A program made the translations under genes and the position numbers. Below, one piece after another: positions 18,231 to 28,300 of a stretch of 64,000 bases of DNA (positions within the stretch are counted from its first letter, which is position 1; every line of letters starts with the position of its first letter). A model generated the notes under the pieces. The model saw nothing but the letters and a program-made list of their open reading frames with translations. It searched no databases and was not told the DNA's origin. Origin of the DNA: a virus (lineage: Duplodnaviria > Caudoviricetes); the IMG/VR virus record IMGVR_UViG_2788500220_000013, positions 44,872-108,871 of that record. One strand, given 5' to 3'.

Positions 18231-21200
18231 TAAAAATCTACCTTGACACGAAACACATACCCATCACTGTTTCTCTTAATAATAGGTCTAGCTAGGTTTG
18301 TTCTGGCTACAACATTCAAGTTTTCATCATGAAAATTTAAACCGGTGATATAAACAAACTCTGATTCATTTTCACTGGCAAAATTTGATGCATATAATTT
18401 TTCAAACTGAGGGTTGGAGGAAGAGTTTATTGTCCCTGCATCACAGGGAACATGGATCTCCATGATATGAATGTTTTGATCTCCTGCCATCTTTACCTCA
18501 AACTGTTCCTTACCATAATATGGTATAACTGGAGATTTTATAACAGATATTCCTTCTTCATAAATTATACTACCTGCATCTGCCCACTTAGCGTGGGGTG
18601 TTTTAGCATCAGCACGATAAAGACCACCAATCCCATTATCACGCATTCGAATTCTTACCTTACCATCAGAACCGGTAACATCAGAATCATATATTTCGTA
18701 CGTGTTTGGTTGAATCGCATTTCCATAAAATAAGTTTGATGCATCAAAAAACACAACTTCGTTCGACGACCCATCCCTAGTTCTCTGAAAAATTGTCAAA
18801 ACAGAACCTGGTGCAATACCAGGATTTTCTGGAGAAGCACCCATAATTGCAGCCATGGTTCCAGATGCCTCTTCTGGTGTCCCTTCACCCAAGCTATCAA
18901 CCTGAATAAGGCCTGGGTATAACGTTTCTTCAGGAATTAGGTTCGTCAAAGAAATCTTACTATAGTCTAAACTACCAAAATCGTTCGTATATTTCTCCGT
19001 TTCAGAACCAGAAACAGGGTGGGTTGTTATTGAGCCAGAACTTAATAACCGAAACCCGGGAAAAAATAGACCGTTGTCACAAGGAAGTACAGTTAAATTA
19101 CGCTTTCTAATTGATGACGTCGCAAACAAATACTCATTCGCCTCAAGGGGAGTTTGCACCTGGACGTCTATCCTAGATGCAGTTAGATTTAGTAACCTCG
19201 GATAATCTTTTCTAACAAATTCTCTACAAAAATTCTCTAAATTTAATAAATGACCACCTACACCAAATGACATAGCAACATTAAATGGGTCATCCGTTGT
19301 TGTCGTCATATTTTGGAAAGGTGTTAATAAAACATCTCTTTCACGCGTTTCCTTAACAAAAAACGGAGGAACATAAAATAATAGACCATCACCCTGATTA
19401 ATTGAAGATATTCCATACATCGATGATGTTACAACTTGTTCTAATGATCGATAATGATCCCATACCTTCAAATCATGAACTTCTGCATTTAAGGGATGAT
19501 TAAAAGCGTATGTTCCATGTTCTAATGCATCTAAACCAGAACCTACATTATCGCCATAAATTAGGCCCTCGGAGACTGATGTGGCTGAATCAAAGAAGCC
19601 ACCAATATAGTGCTGGTTTGGCATCGCTGTCACATCTAGGTTATTTCTACCCTCATAAAAATTACCTATGAATACAGCACTAGGGTCACCTAGCTCCTCA
19701 TCGAGATGTGTTATATGATTATCAAATTCCTGAGGAATTACTGAACCTGATTGGATTACAAACTCAGAATCAACTTTACCATCGATTACAAATGATCCGG
19801 TCCCGTTATTTACTGCATCGGTACCCCAGCGGATGGCAACATGATGCCAGTGATCCCTCTTTAATGAATTATCAGAAGATGCGAATATCAGGTCAGTAGG
19901 TGTCCCTTCACCTGTCATTGGATCATAGGGTTCAACCCCACCATACCCTGCAGTTATTAAATGCTCATTATTCTCTATAATATTTCCTGATCCATCATAA
20001 AGCGGAATTGTAGACGGAGGAACTTCGGCCGATGAGCTGAGTTGTAACATTATCCTGAATCCGTCTAGTTCTTCATCATAATTGCTCGTTGAGCTACCAG
20101 ACACTAATGAAACTGTATAGCTGGATGACATATGGAAAATTGTCCCAGCTTTAAATTCAGGATATATAGGGCCGCCGAAGTCAAATCCTGAGTATAGTAT
20201 AGCTTCTGATGGTAGGCCCAGATTTGTGTCACCTGGATCTATGGTAACATTACCGGCTGGGCCCAAGATATTTTGGGTTAAATGTATAACATTACCAATT
20301 CGATTGACAGTAATTGTATTAGTGCCCATGTTACCATGGCCATTCACACTATTTATAGCTATTTCTACTTGTTCAGCAACATCGGTACAAGGCGGGAAAG
20401 CGCCTAAGGTGCCAATACCAATAAGGACACCGGAAGCTGTAACATTACCAGTTGCAGACCAATGTACATCTTTATCAAAGTAATATACAATGCTGGTGCC
20501 ATTAGAGTCTGTAATCGTGAACCCGTCCTCAGCTGGAACATCTGTGTCTAAGTCAGCAGCAACGGCCTGGCCGCCGCCATCATCAAAGATTGTGATTGTT
20601 GCAACAGCGGCAGTATTAGGTTCTTCATCACGGATATAATACCTGGGATTAATATAAAAGTCAAATGTGAATCCCTCAGGAGGACTGTAGGGGATTACCT
20701 TTGGAACTTCCGTTGTAATTGCAGCTGCCGGATATATTAGCACAGAATCTGATGGGACGTTGGATGCCGTAAAAAAGTTTAAGCTATGATAGTTTGTCGT
20801 AGCCCAATGTAGCGAAGGGTACATACTTCTATAATATGGAAATAATATTTGCCTCGTAACATTTTTTCGGCTAGTGTCACTAGTAAATCTTACAGAAGGT
20901 TCAAACCTTAATACTTCTACTACTTTCTTTTTTCTTTCACTTGGCCCTGAGCTGTTTATTGATACGGGTGTTGTAGGAATACCAGTGTTCGGGTCTAGAG
21001 AGCCCATGTAATTATTTATAGAGCCAAAAATATCTGTTACGCCCAAGTCTGATGCAGATATGACTAACTCACTTCTTATAGATTCTAAATTTTCATCCTC
21101 AAATATAGATGCAGCGTCGCTAAATGCGCGCAGTTTTTGGGCCTCTTTCTCTATAGGCGAACGTTGGGCAAAAACATGTACAGTACCTGTCATCCCAGAT

Positions 21201-21301
21201 GGTTGACTGCTCTCTACTGATGCAGATACAAATTCCCTTCTAGGATGAGTTGTTAATGATAGGTTTTCAAAATGATCTTTTGTTAGCTCAAATATAGCCA
21301 T
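18230..21301 (-). CDS. Virion/baseplate protein with LamG-like domain and C-terminal tail-collar-like module
   Basis: 'FTFDFYINP', 'WHHVAIRW', 'VHDLKVWD' (LamG-like). The C-terminus is paralogous to that of 21408..22742. Confidence 0.7.
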   Translation of the reverse strand: MAIFELTKDHFENLSLTTHPRREFVSASVESSQPSGMTGTVHVFAQRSPIEKEAQKLRAFSDAASIFEDENLESIRSELVISASDLGVTDIFGSINNYMGSLDPNTGIPTTPVSINSSGPSERKKKVVEVLRFEPSVRFTSDTSRKNVTRQILFPYYRSMYPSLHWATTNYHSLNFFTASNVPSDSVLIYPAAAITTEVPKVIPYSPPEGFTFDFYINPRYYIRDEEPNTAAVATITIFDDGGGQAVAADLDTDVPAEDGFTITDSNGTSIVYYFDKDVHWSATGNVTASGVLIGIGTLGAFPPCTDVAEQVEIAINSVNGHGNMGTNTITVNRIGNVIHLTQNILGPAGNVTIDPGDTNLGLPSEAILYSGFDFGGPIYPEFKAGTIFHMSSSYTVSLVSGSSTSNYDEELDGFRIMLQLSSSAEVPPSTIPLYDGSGNIIENNEHLITAGYGGVEPYDPMTGEGTPTDLIFASSDNSLKRDHWHHVAIRWGTDAVNNGTGSFVIDGKVDSEFVIQSGSVIPQEFDNHITHLDEELGDPSAVFIGNFYEGRNNLDVTAMPNQHYIGGFFDSATSVSEGLIYGDNVGSGLDALEHGTYAFNHPLNAEVHDLKVWDHYRSLEQVVTSSMYGISSINQGDGLLFYVPPFFVKETRERDVLLTPFQNMTTTTDDPFNVAMSFGVGGHLLNLENFCREFVRKDYPRLLNLTASRIDVQVQTPLEANEYLFATSSIRKRNLTVLPCDNGLFFPGFRLLSSGSITTHPVSGSETEKYTNDFGSLDYSKISLTNLIPEETLYPGLIQVDSLGEGTPEEASGTMAAIMGASPENPGIAPGSVLTIFQRTRDGSSNEVVFFDASNLFYGNAIQPNTYEIYDSDVTGSDGKVRIRMRDNGIGGLYRADAKTPHAKWADAGSIIYEEGISVIKSPVIPYYGKEQFEVKMAGDQNIHIMEIHVPCDAGTINSSSNPQFEKLYASNFASENESEFVYITGLNFHDENLNVVARTNLARPIIKRNSDGYVFRVKVDF

Positions 21302-21324
21302 ATGATTTCACCTGGTTTATTATC

Positions 21325-21369
21325 TTTCAAACTATTAGTTAAGTTAATTTTCAAACTATAACTATTAGT
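21325..21369. repeat. AT-rich intergenic direct repeats
   Basis: tttcaaactat at 21325 and 21349; actattagt at 21331 and 21361; they overlap an ATAGTTA motif. Confidence 0.6.
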
Positions 21370-21407
21370 CTCTTGTATACCATTATGCATGATACACATA
21401 CCAACCA

Positions 21408-22742
21408 CTAGAAATCAAGTCTAACTCGGACGGTTATATCCTTTTCATCATTTTTTTCAATTGGGCGGGACATCTTCGCAACAGCTAAAAGATTATCATT
21501 CGCATCATATAGACCCACGGTAGTTGGAAATGTAAATGATCTTTGCACATCCTCCTGACCTTCATCAATTACTGTGATTCTGTTGTCATCGTCCGTATAG
21601 GTTGGGTTGGCGGAATAATTAAACTCATCAGCAGTAGCCCTGCAAAATATTAGCGTAGAATTAATATTTGTAATATTTTGAAATGTTGCTGCAGTAAGTG
21701 TACCAGATTGAAATCTGCAAGATGCAAGGTGATCTACAATATTATCAATTGAGCCTGATATCATGAAATCTGGATAAAATGTGGGTGGCCCTAGGGCTGC
21801 ACGCCAATCACCCATTTCTTCCTTACTACCCATTACAATACTGCCACCGGGACAATCATCGACAGTATCCAGATCAGAGTCATAATCACCCTGGCGCATT
21901 GCATGAATTCTTCCCAGGCATGGTTGTTTAGGGGCCCAGATTTTATTTAGATCTAGAACAGCTATTCCTGCATCATAGAACATTAGGCCGACCGTGGTCT
22001 CTGTATCGCTGGCGTCAACGATGTCCGCGACCTCACCACCGAATGTAACACGTTTTGCAGTTGCAGATCCGATGTCAGTATAGATTTGTACGCTACCTGT
22101 TGATGTAGTATGGATATTATCATGTACATCTGTCATGGGGTTCATGGCGTCCAGACCAGTGGCAGCTTCGCCGTTGGCAACGCCCCCATAGTCAGGGTTA
22201 AGGTATGTATTACCAGCTAGAGTACCTGATTGATAGAAACGAAGTGCAAACGTCTCCCGTTTGATTTTGTCTCTTGCAAATAGACGTTTAAATGACAGAA
22301 ACATTGCTGCATCAATTTCTGCTGTTTCATCTTTATTGCCAAAAGGAGTAGTAAATGCTGCATCTGCATCACCCAAAAGTGTTTGGGCAAATTGTTTATA
22401 GTTGTATGTCTTTTCTCTCATCATAAGACTTTGAGATGTATAAAGCCTTTTATTTGATGAGTCAAGGCCGGTAGAAGCAGCAAGGACGGCTGGGCCCTCT
22501 GGCTTAAGGCCTACCGTCATATCGAAAATTGCATTTGAACTTTGCAAAGTAAAGTCTTGATCATAAACAGTCTGAAACAAGGAAGATGTAACACCCGGGC
22601 CGATACCACCCGTCACGAATACTTCATAATGTTTTCTAGTTACAGATCCAGAAACATCTTCTTGAATGATATCAACTAGTTGATTTAATGCTGACCTGCT
22701 AGTTTTTATATCAGCTGCTGAAATTTCTTTAAACGTTGCCAT
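21408..22742 (-). CDS. Virion/baseplate structural protein
   Basis: C-terminal 'EFNYSANPTY...TTVGLYDANDNLLAVAKMSRPIEK...VRVRLDF'; located in the structural block. Confidence 0.7.
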   Translation of the reverse strand: MATFKEISAADIKTSRSALNQLVDIIQEDVSGSVTRKHYEVFVTGGIGPGVTSSLFQTVYDQDFTLQSSNAIFDMTVGLKPEGPAVLAASTGLDSSNKRLYTSQSLMMREKTYNYKQFAQTLLGDADAAFTTPFGNKDETAEIDAAMFLSFKRLFARDKIKRETFALRFYQSGTLAGNTYLNPDYGGVANGEAATGLDAMNPMTDVHDNIHTTSTGSVQIYTDIGSATAKRVTFGGEVADIVDASDTETTVGLMFYDAGIAVLDLNKIWAPKQPCLGRIHAMRQGDYDSDLDTVDDCPGGSIVMGSKEEMGDWRAALGPPTFYPDFMISGSIDNIVDHLASCRFQSGTLTAATFQNITNINSTLIFCRATADEFNYSANPTYTDDDNRITVIDEGQEDVQRSFTFPTTVGLYDANDNLLAVAKMSRPIEKNDEKDITVRVRLDF

Positions 22743-22754
22743 TTATATTCCCTT

Positions 22755-23465
22755 TTATCTAGATATCTGAACTTCGAATTCTTTTGTTGCACCAGATTGT
22801 ACACCTACAATGCCTACAACGGATGATATCACCGTTTTATCCCCAGCATTCCCGTACACATCAAACTGTGCATCTGTTATTGATTTGGTCTCAATCTCAA
22901 GTTTTAATTGGGACCCCCCAAGTGCAGTTATACTAGCATCCCGGGGAATGATATATGTTGCAATATTATTACTATCAACGTTATCAGGGGTCTCAGACTT
23001 CATTTGTAAAAACATATGTGGGAGTTTAGCTATAAATGCTTGATCTCGAAGCTCAACATCAATCGAGCTTTCGTTAATAATACTCTGGGTTATTGTAACC
23101 GTTCTTGAGGAGCCGGATCCTGATCTGCTCATATCCAATGTAGAACTTGTAGAATCTAGGCCGTCTCCCCTGAGTGATAATGACGGAAGCCGAAGAAGGT
23201 TTGGGTTTGATATACTAACTAACTTATGTTTAAGTGCTAAATTTCCAATGGTTTGAGCTTCAAAAACCGGAGTATTTTTCTCAATCTTCTCTTTTCCTAC
23301 AGTTCTACCGAACTTTCTTATTACTTCATAATCAACTTCATCATCACCTAAGGCAAATTTTACAATAGAAAATGATCCGTCGTTTCGTGCTAAAAATGCT
23401 CGACCAACGTCAGTTAGTACAGCATCAATTATAATATTGTTAGTTGAATGATCTAAAAAACCCAT
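22755..23465 (-). CDS. Virion/baseplate structural protein
   Basis: N-terminal 'IDAVLTDVGRAFLA...IVKFALGDDEVDY'; strong SD (AAGGAG). Confidence 0.7.
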   Translation of the reverse strand: MGFLDHSTNNIIIDAVLTDVGRAFLARNDGSFSIVKFALGDDEVDYEVIRKFGRTVGKEKIEKNTPVFEAQTIGNLALKHKLVSISNPNLLRLPSLSLRGDGLDSTSSTLDMSRSGSGSSRTVTITQSIINESSIDVELRDQAFIAKLPHMFLQMKSETPDNVDSNNIATYIIPRDASITALGGSQLKLEIETKSITDAQFDVYGNAGDKTVISSVVGIVGVQSGATKEFEVQISR

Positions 23466-23481
23466 TTATATACTCCTTCGA

Positions 23482-23488
23482 TAAATAT
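23482..23488 (-). promoter_or_regulatory. Putative late-promoter motif ATATTTA
   Basis: Recurrent motif, just upstream of the SD of 22755..23465. Confidence 0.45.
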
Positions 23489-23492
23489 ATTG

Positions 23493-25328
23493 TCATTTTC
23501 CTGTCCGTAAATCTTTAACATCAATACTGACTATTTGGCTCTTTTGCCGGTCTGTATTTATAACTTGCAATTTGTAACGCCCTTCTGTGTCCTTTGTGCT
23601 TACTGACAGTAGCCCAAGATCATGATCCTGTTCATCTACAATTGATAAGTATTCCGGATCAAAGAATATGCTACATTTTTGGTGGCCACTATCTGTTATT
23701 GAATCAGATGTTAGGCTGACATCCCCTATGCCAAGATTTGAATTCTGGATAAGATAAAAATTTGGATATGGCTTGGGAGCCCCTTCGGGGGATATCATTT
23801 TCTTTACCAGTCGGTTTGTATTGACATCAAATGTTACAAGAAATTGTTGCGAATAGTTTGAGCTAAAGTCATGTGCATCTATACTACATAAGGTATATAT
23901 GTATTCTGACTCTTTTGTAAATTCATAATCAACATATATTGTGGATGGCTCGTCCATTTCATGAACCCTTGATGACCTCGGCGTTTCTTTTCTTGGGTCA
24001 GGTATTTCGCTATCGTCAAAATCATATTCTGCTAATAGTTCATATGGATCGTTTACTGTCATTCGGCGAAAAACCTGAAATCTTTTTACATCGCGGGTTG
24101 AAGTAACAGGAAAACTCCACATCATCATCATTTTTTTGTCTCTATAATCCCATATAAAATCTAGATCCTGGGGAGGAGGGGGAGGATTATATTCCCTACA
24201 AACAACATGAGATGATGGGCTCGGCCTAGATGAAATTAAGCCAGTTGTAATATATGCCTGGCCGGTTTCTTCATTTAGGGCTTGAAATTGTACCATCGCG
24301 ATTGCCCTAATAGAGTATCGATATGCCGAACCATATTTTACTTTTGAATCAAGGGCTGATGAAACTGATGAGGCTGCAATTATAATCGGTCGGTGGCGGC
24401 GAACTCTTCGATCTGATGTATATTCTATTTTGTCTACCAGGTATCCAATAATCTTAACAGCATTTTTATACGTGCCGGCGCTAACAGGCTTTGTCATAAT
24501 TGGCCGGAAGTTAGGTATAAATTCGTAGTCAGATATTACACCTGGATTACTTTGCAATCTTGCAGTCCGTTGTAGGTCTAGTGACTGTTTTGCCAAATTT
24601 GACAATTCACCAGCAAAAGGATTTGCAGGATCCATTATAGATTTCTTTAATATAGATCCTAAAAACTTATCATTAAACTGTGAATAATGATTAACATTTG
24701 CCAGCTCCCTAGACCATGATGACCGATATCGACGCCTCTGGCGTGTCCTAGTGGAGTATGAGTATACCCCTTGATCTGCTAGCTTTCCGGAAACTTTCAT
24801 TATCCAGTTTCCGGCAACCCTCGAGGATGTTACACTGTTTAATAGCTTTGCAACATCTGCCCTTGAGTCCGGTAAGTCTTTTTTCTTTCCCTTTGTCTCA
24901 GACTGTGATCTTACTGCCACTGCCAAACCCATACTTCTAGAGGCCTTAGTTTCGATCTCCCTATCTTGAAGATTTAAAGAGGAATATCCCCTTGTTGCAA
25001 CATCAGTTTCACTCTGGATTCTCCACATGTTTTTATGCAAAAGGCGGTGAACGTTTGAAGCGGTTGATATGTCAACTGCAAATTCATTATCAACAGACAC
25101 ATTGGATCTTACGTCAACAGTCTCAAACATTAACCTAACATATCTGGGAACCTTTCTAGAAATTAATACTTCATTATTTTCATCGTATACGCCGAAAGCA
25201 ACGGTGTTACCCCTATCATTTGTCTTTTCATCTTTTTCAAAAAAATTATATTGAAATTCTGTTCTAAACTTTCGTACTTCCGGAACGTCTAAAACAGTCA
25301 TAATTTTTGAAGGATATGATATTGTCAT
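23493..25328 (-). CDS. Putative virion protein with FN3-like domains
   Basis: 'DSKVKYGSAYRYSIRAI' and 'PPPPQDL..W..P....FQVFRR...YIYTLCSID' follow the FN3 pattern. Confidence 0.6.
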   Translation of the reverse strand: MTISYPSKIMTVLDVPEVRKFRTEFQYNFFEKDEKTNDRGNTVAFGVYDENNEVLISRKVPRYVRLMFETVDVRSNVSVDNEFAVDISTASNVHRLLHKNMWRIQSETDVATRGYSSLNLQDREIETKASRSMGLAVAVRSQSETKGKKKDLPDSRADVAKLLNSVTSSRVAGNWIMKVSGKLADQGVYSYSTRTRQRRRYRSSWSRELANVNHYSQFNDKFLGSILKKSIMDPANPFAGELSNLAKQSLDLQRTARLQSNPGVISDYEFIPNFRPIMTKPVSAGTYKNAVKIIGYLVDKIEYTSDRRVRRHRPIIIAASSVSSALDSKVKYGSAYRYSIRAIAMVQFQALNEETGQAYITTGLISSRPSPSSHVVCREYNPPPPPQDLDFIWDYRDKKMMMMWSFPVTSTRDVKRFQVFRRMTVNDPYELLAEYDFDDSEIPDPRKETPRSSRVHEMDEPSTIYVDYEFTKESEYIYTLCSIDAHDFSSNYSQQFLVTFDVNTNRLVKKMISPEGAPKPYPNFYLIQNSNLGIGDVSLTSDSITDSGHQKCSIFFDPEYLSIVDEQDHDLGLLSVSTKDTEGRYKLQVINTDRQKSQIVSIDVKDLRTGK

Positions 25329-28300
25329 TATATTTCCTCCGAAGACGGCGTTGATATAGCCACAAAAAATTCATTAAATGAACTATAATTTTCGCCGCGG
25401 CGGCGGGGGCGGACCATTTTAACTACCCTTCCATCTTCTTGCTCAACATCAATTAACATCTCTGATAACATGTCTTGATTTAGAAGGCCCTTCCCGCTAG
25501 CTGACTCTTGAGTAGCATCTATATCTACTTCAAAATCATCTGGATCAACTGGCAATAAAAATACTCTATCAAATAACTTCGGTGACAGTGCTTGATGCAT
25601 AATAGCATCCCTAGAAAATAATCCAGAACTGCATAATGCCCTAAAGTTATTTAAGTCTTCAGTTGTTAAATGATTTGCTATAACATAAGTTCTTGACCTG
25701 GGCCCTGCATATTTGCGGCGCCTAAGGCGATGGTATTTAGAAAATATTCTACCCTTAGATGTAAGCAGCCTTGAATACCTTCTAGAAAATACCCTTCCAA
25801 GGCCTCGCTTACCCCCAACCTTAAACATTCCAGCAAACATTGACATAGGATTTGAACCCATGCGTGCTTTTGTCATAGTTCTGTTTGCTTTAAAAACCCT
25901 AGAGCGTGAAATGCTAGAATATCGCTTTTTAGTTTTTACTCTGTGCTGTATACTCTTTCTTTTCCTTATCGGCTTTATTACTCTTTTCTGAGGGGGACAT
26001 GCCTGTTTTCTAGCCTTACGAGGGCTGGTTGTAACTCGAGGGCGTATCCAGGTTGCTGTATCGTTTAGGGTCAATACTCTTTGACGGGATTCACCATCTA
26101 TATTAATTTTTTGTAATAAACTAGCAACAGGTATTGTCCCATTCCTTACCCAGTATTTGAGTTTTTCATTAGCTTCCATTATCTTTAATGTATTTGCAGC
26201 TCCATCGTCGACTATTAGATCAGACCATATGTCATGTTGAATAAATGTATTTTCATCAAACTCATAACCAAATAATAGTTGATAGTATTTTCTTAATAAA
26301 AAATTAGTCATATGATTGGATAACATTTTAGATGCCTGGCCGGTGCCGAGATAATCATATACTCCTGACTCTAATATGTTCGTCGCTGTCTCTTCACTTT
26401 CAAAATCATTATCTGACTGCTTTTCAATTTTTAATCTTGAAAACGTTGCATTCTTTATAACGTCTTCATATGAACTAAATTTATATCCATCTGCAACAGG
26501 GGAAAATGCATTTGGTAAAAGAAACATTGATATATCAAATAAATATTTTTTAGGTTTAAAGACCAGGTCTTCATACTCTAAATCGCGCTTATAAACTAAT
26601 ATCTCAATAATGTTTTGTTGTGATGCAATCTCAGTCGACTCTTTTGACCCTAAAGTATATGGAGGATTGTATAACGCATCTATTAACTCTGCTGGAATCC
26701 CAACCGCCAAGGTGCGAATATTATCACCTACCCTGCCTGACATTATTGCTTCCGAGGCAAATGCTTTTACTGCCGATAATTCATTTTCATTAATAACTTG
26801 ATCTGCAGGAAGATATGAACCATCATTATTTCTAGGAAATAGTTTTTCCCTGGCAGCATTTAACAATATGAACTGTTGAGGATTTAGATCTCGCAAGAAT
26901 TTCTTACTCTCCTTTGTGTCTAAAAGCAATAAGCTATCTTTTGTTGTAGAAGATCTTGTGTCTGATTTTAAATCAAAGAATGATGTAAGTTGTTCTGATG
27001 CTGTCTCTAGAGTAGAGCTTAAGGCCTGAAGAAAACTTAGCATTTGATTTACAAAAACTGTTTCACGTTCCAGGTCACTAATAAATGATTGAATGTCAGA
27101 TGTCAATGTTGCGGATGATTCATTACCCTTTAGTGAAGATAAAGCAGCACCTCGAGACAATCTTTTATTATCTTTCTTATTAAAGAAGTTGTTAGATAAT
27201 AATGATCCTGACTTCTGGATAGTTGAAATTAACTTTGTCTGGCGGGCTCGGGCTGCAGGACTATCAACAATGGCTAGTTCTGAAATCGTACCCAGGGCCT
27301 CCAGCATATTCTTATTATTAGAATAGTTGTATAATACATGAAGCTCACTATTATCATGGGTTTGTACAAAGTTAGCAGAAACATATCTTGAGAATAGTGA
27401 ACAAAATATCTCTAATAAAACCATTAATAATGTATCTTCATCCCACCCATTAAACAGTGTAACCCCGTTATCATCAAGGTAACTGCTGTCATTTGATGCT
27501 GCAGCTATCTCGGCAGCAGACTCTTCTAACTGCTTGGCTAAATCAACAATAACTGCCATAATATTTTTTGACTGGCGGGGGCTACTTACAGCAGACTGTA
27601 GTACAGAATATACTGAGGATCTGGATATCTTTATTGAGTTTGCATCCCTTCCTGATGTTGCACTTTCAATACTAGGGACATTGTCTGCAATCTTTGAAGC
27701 TTTTACTGCAATTCTCATCCCTGTTGTGGCTATAGGATTTTTTGAAGATGAAAATAATCGCTCGGCGGCGCCGAGATTAATTAACAAATTCTTAGATATT
27801 GAAGACTGTGTTAAGTCAGACATATAAGGGCTAAAACTATTAACCCTTGTTAGTTTGACAGGTTTCTTTTTTGTATTTCGTCTAGGCGATTTCCTGTTTC
27901 TTGAAGGAGTCACGCGTTCGTCTGTTGAAGTATCTGTGTCCGTATCCTCTATTGTATCCCTAATTTCAATTAAATATCTCAATAACATATGCTTGAGTTC
28001 TTGATCCTCTTTACTCATATTAAGTAAGGCAGCTGTAACAGCTAACTCCTCATCAATAAGAGATGTATTAGAGATTCCATCAATTAGCTCTTTTATACGA
28101 GATAAAATATCAATAAAAACTGAATGGGGGTGCAGTACAAAGTTTTCATCATCTAAATTAAGAAGCTTCTCTATAAACTTGACAACATCAGAAGACGTAC
28201 TGTTAAAATTTTTAGCAAATTCAGAATACTCTTTTGTACTAAATCCGCTTCTTTCCTCCTTGCCAAATCTAAGAATATTATCAACATATGCTACAGACCC

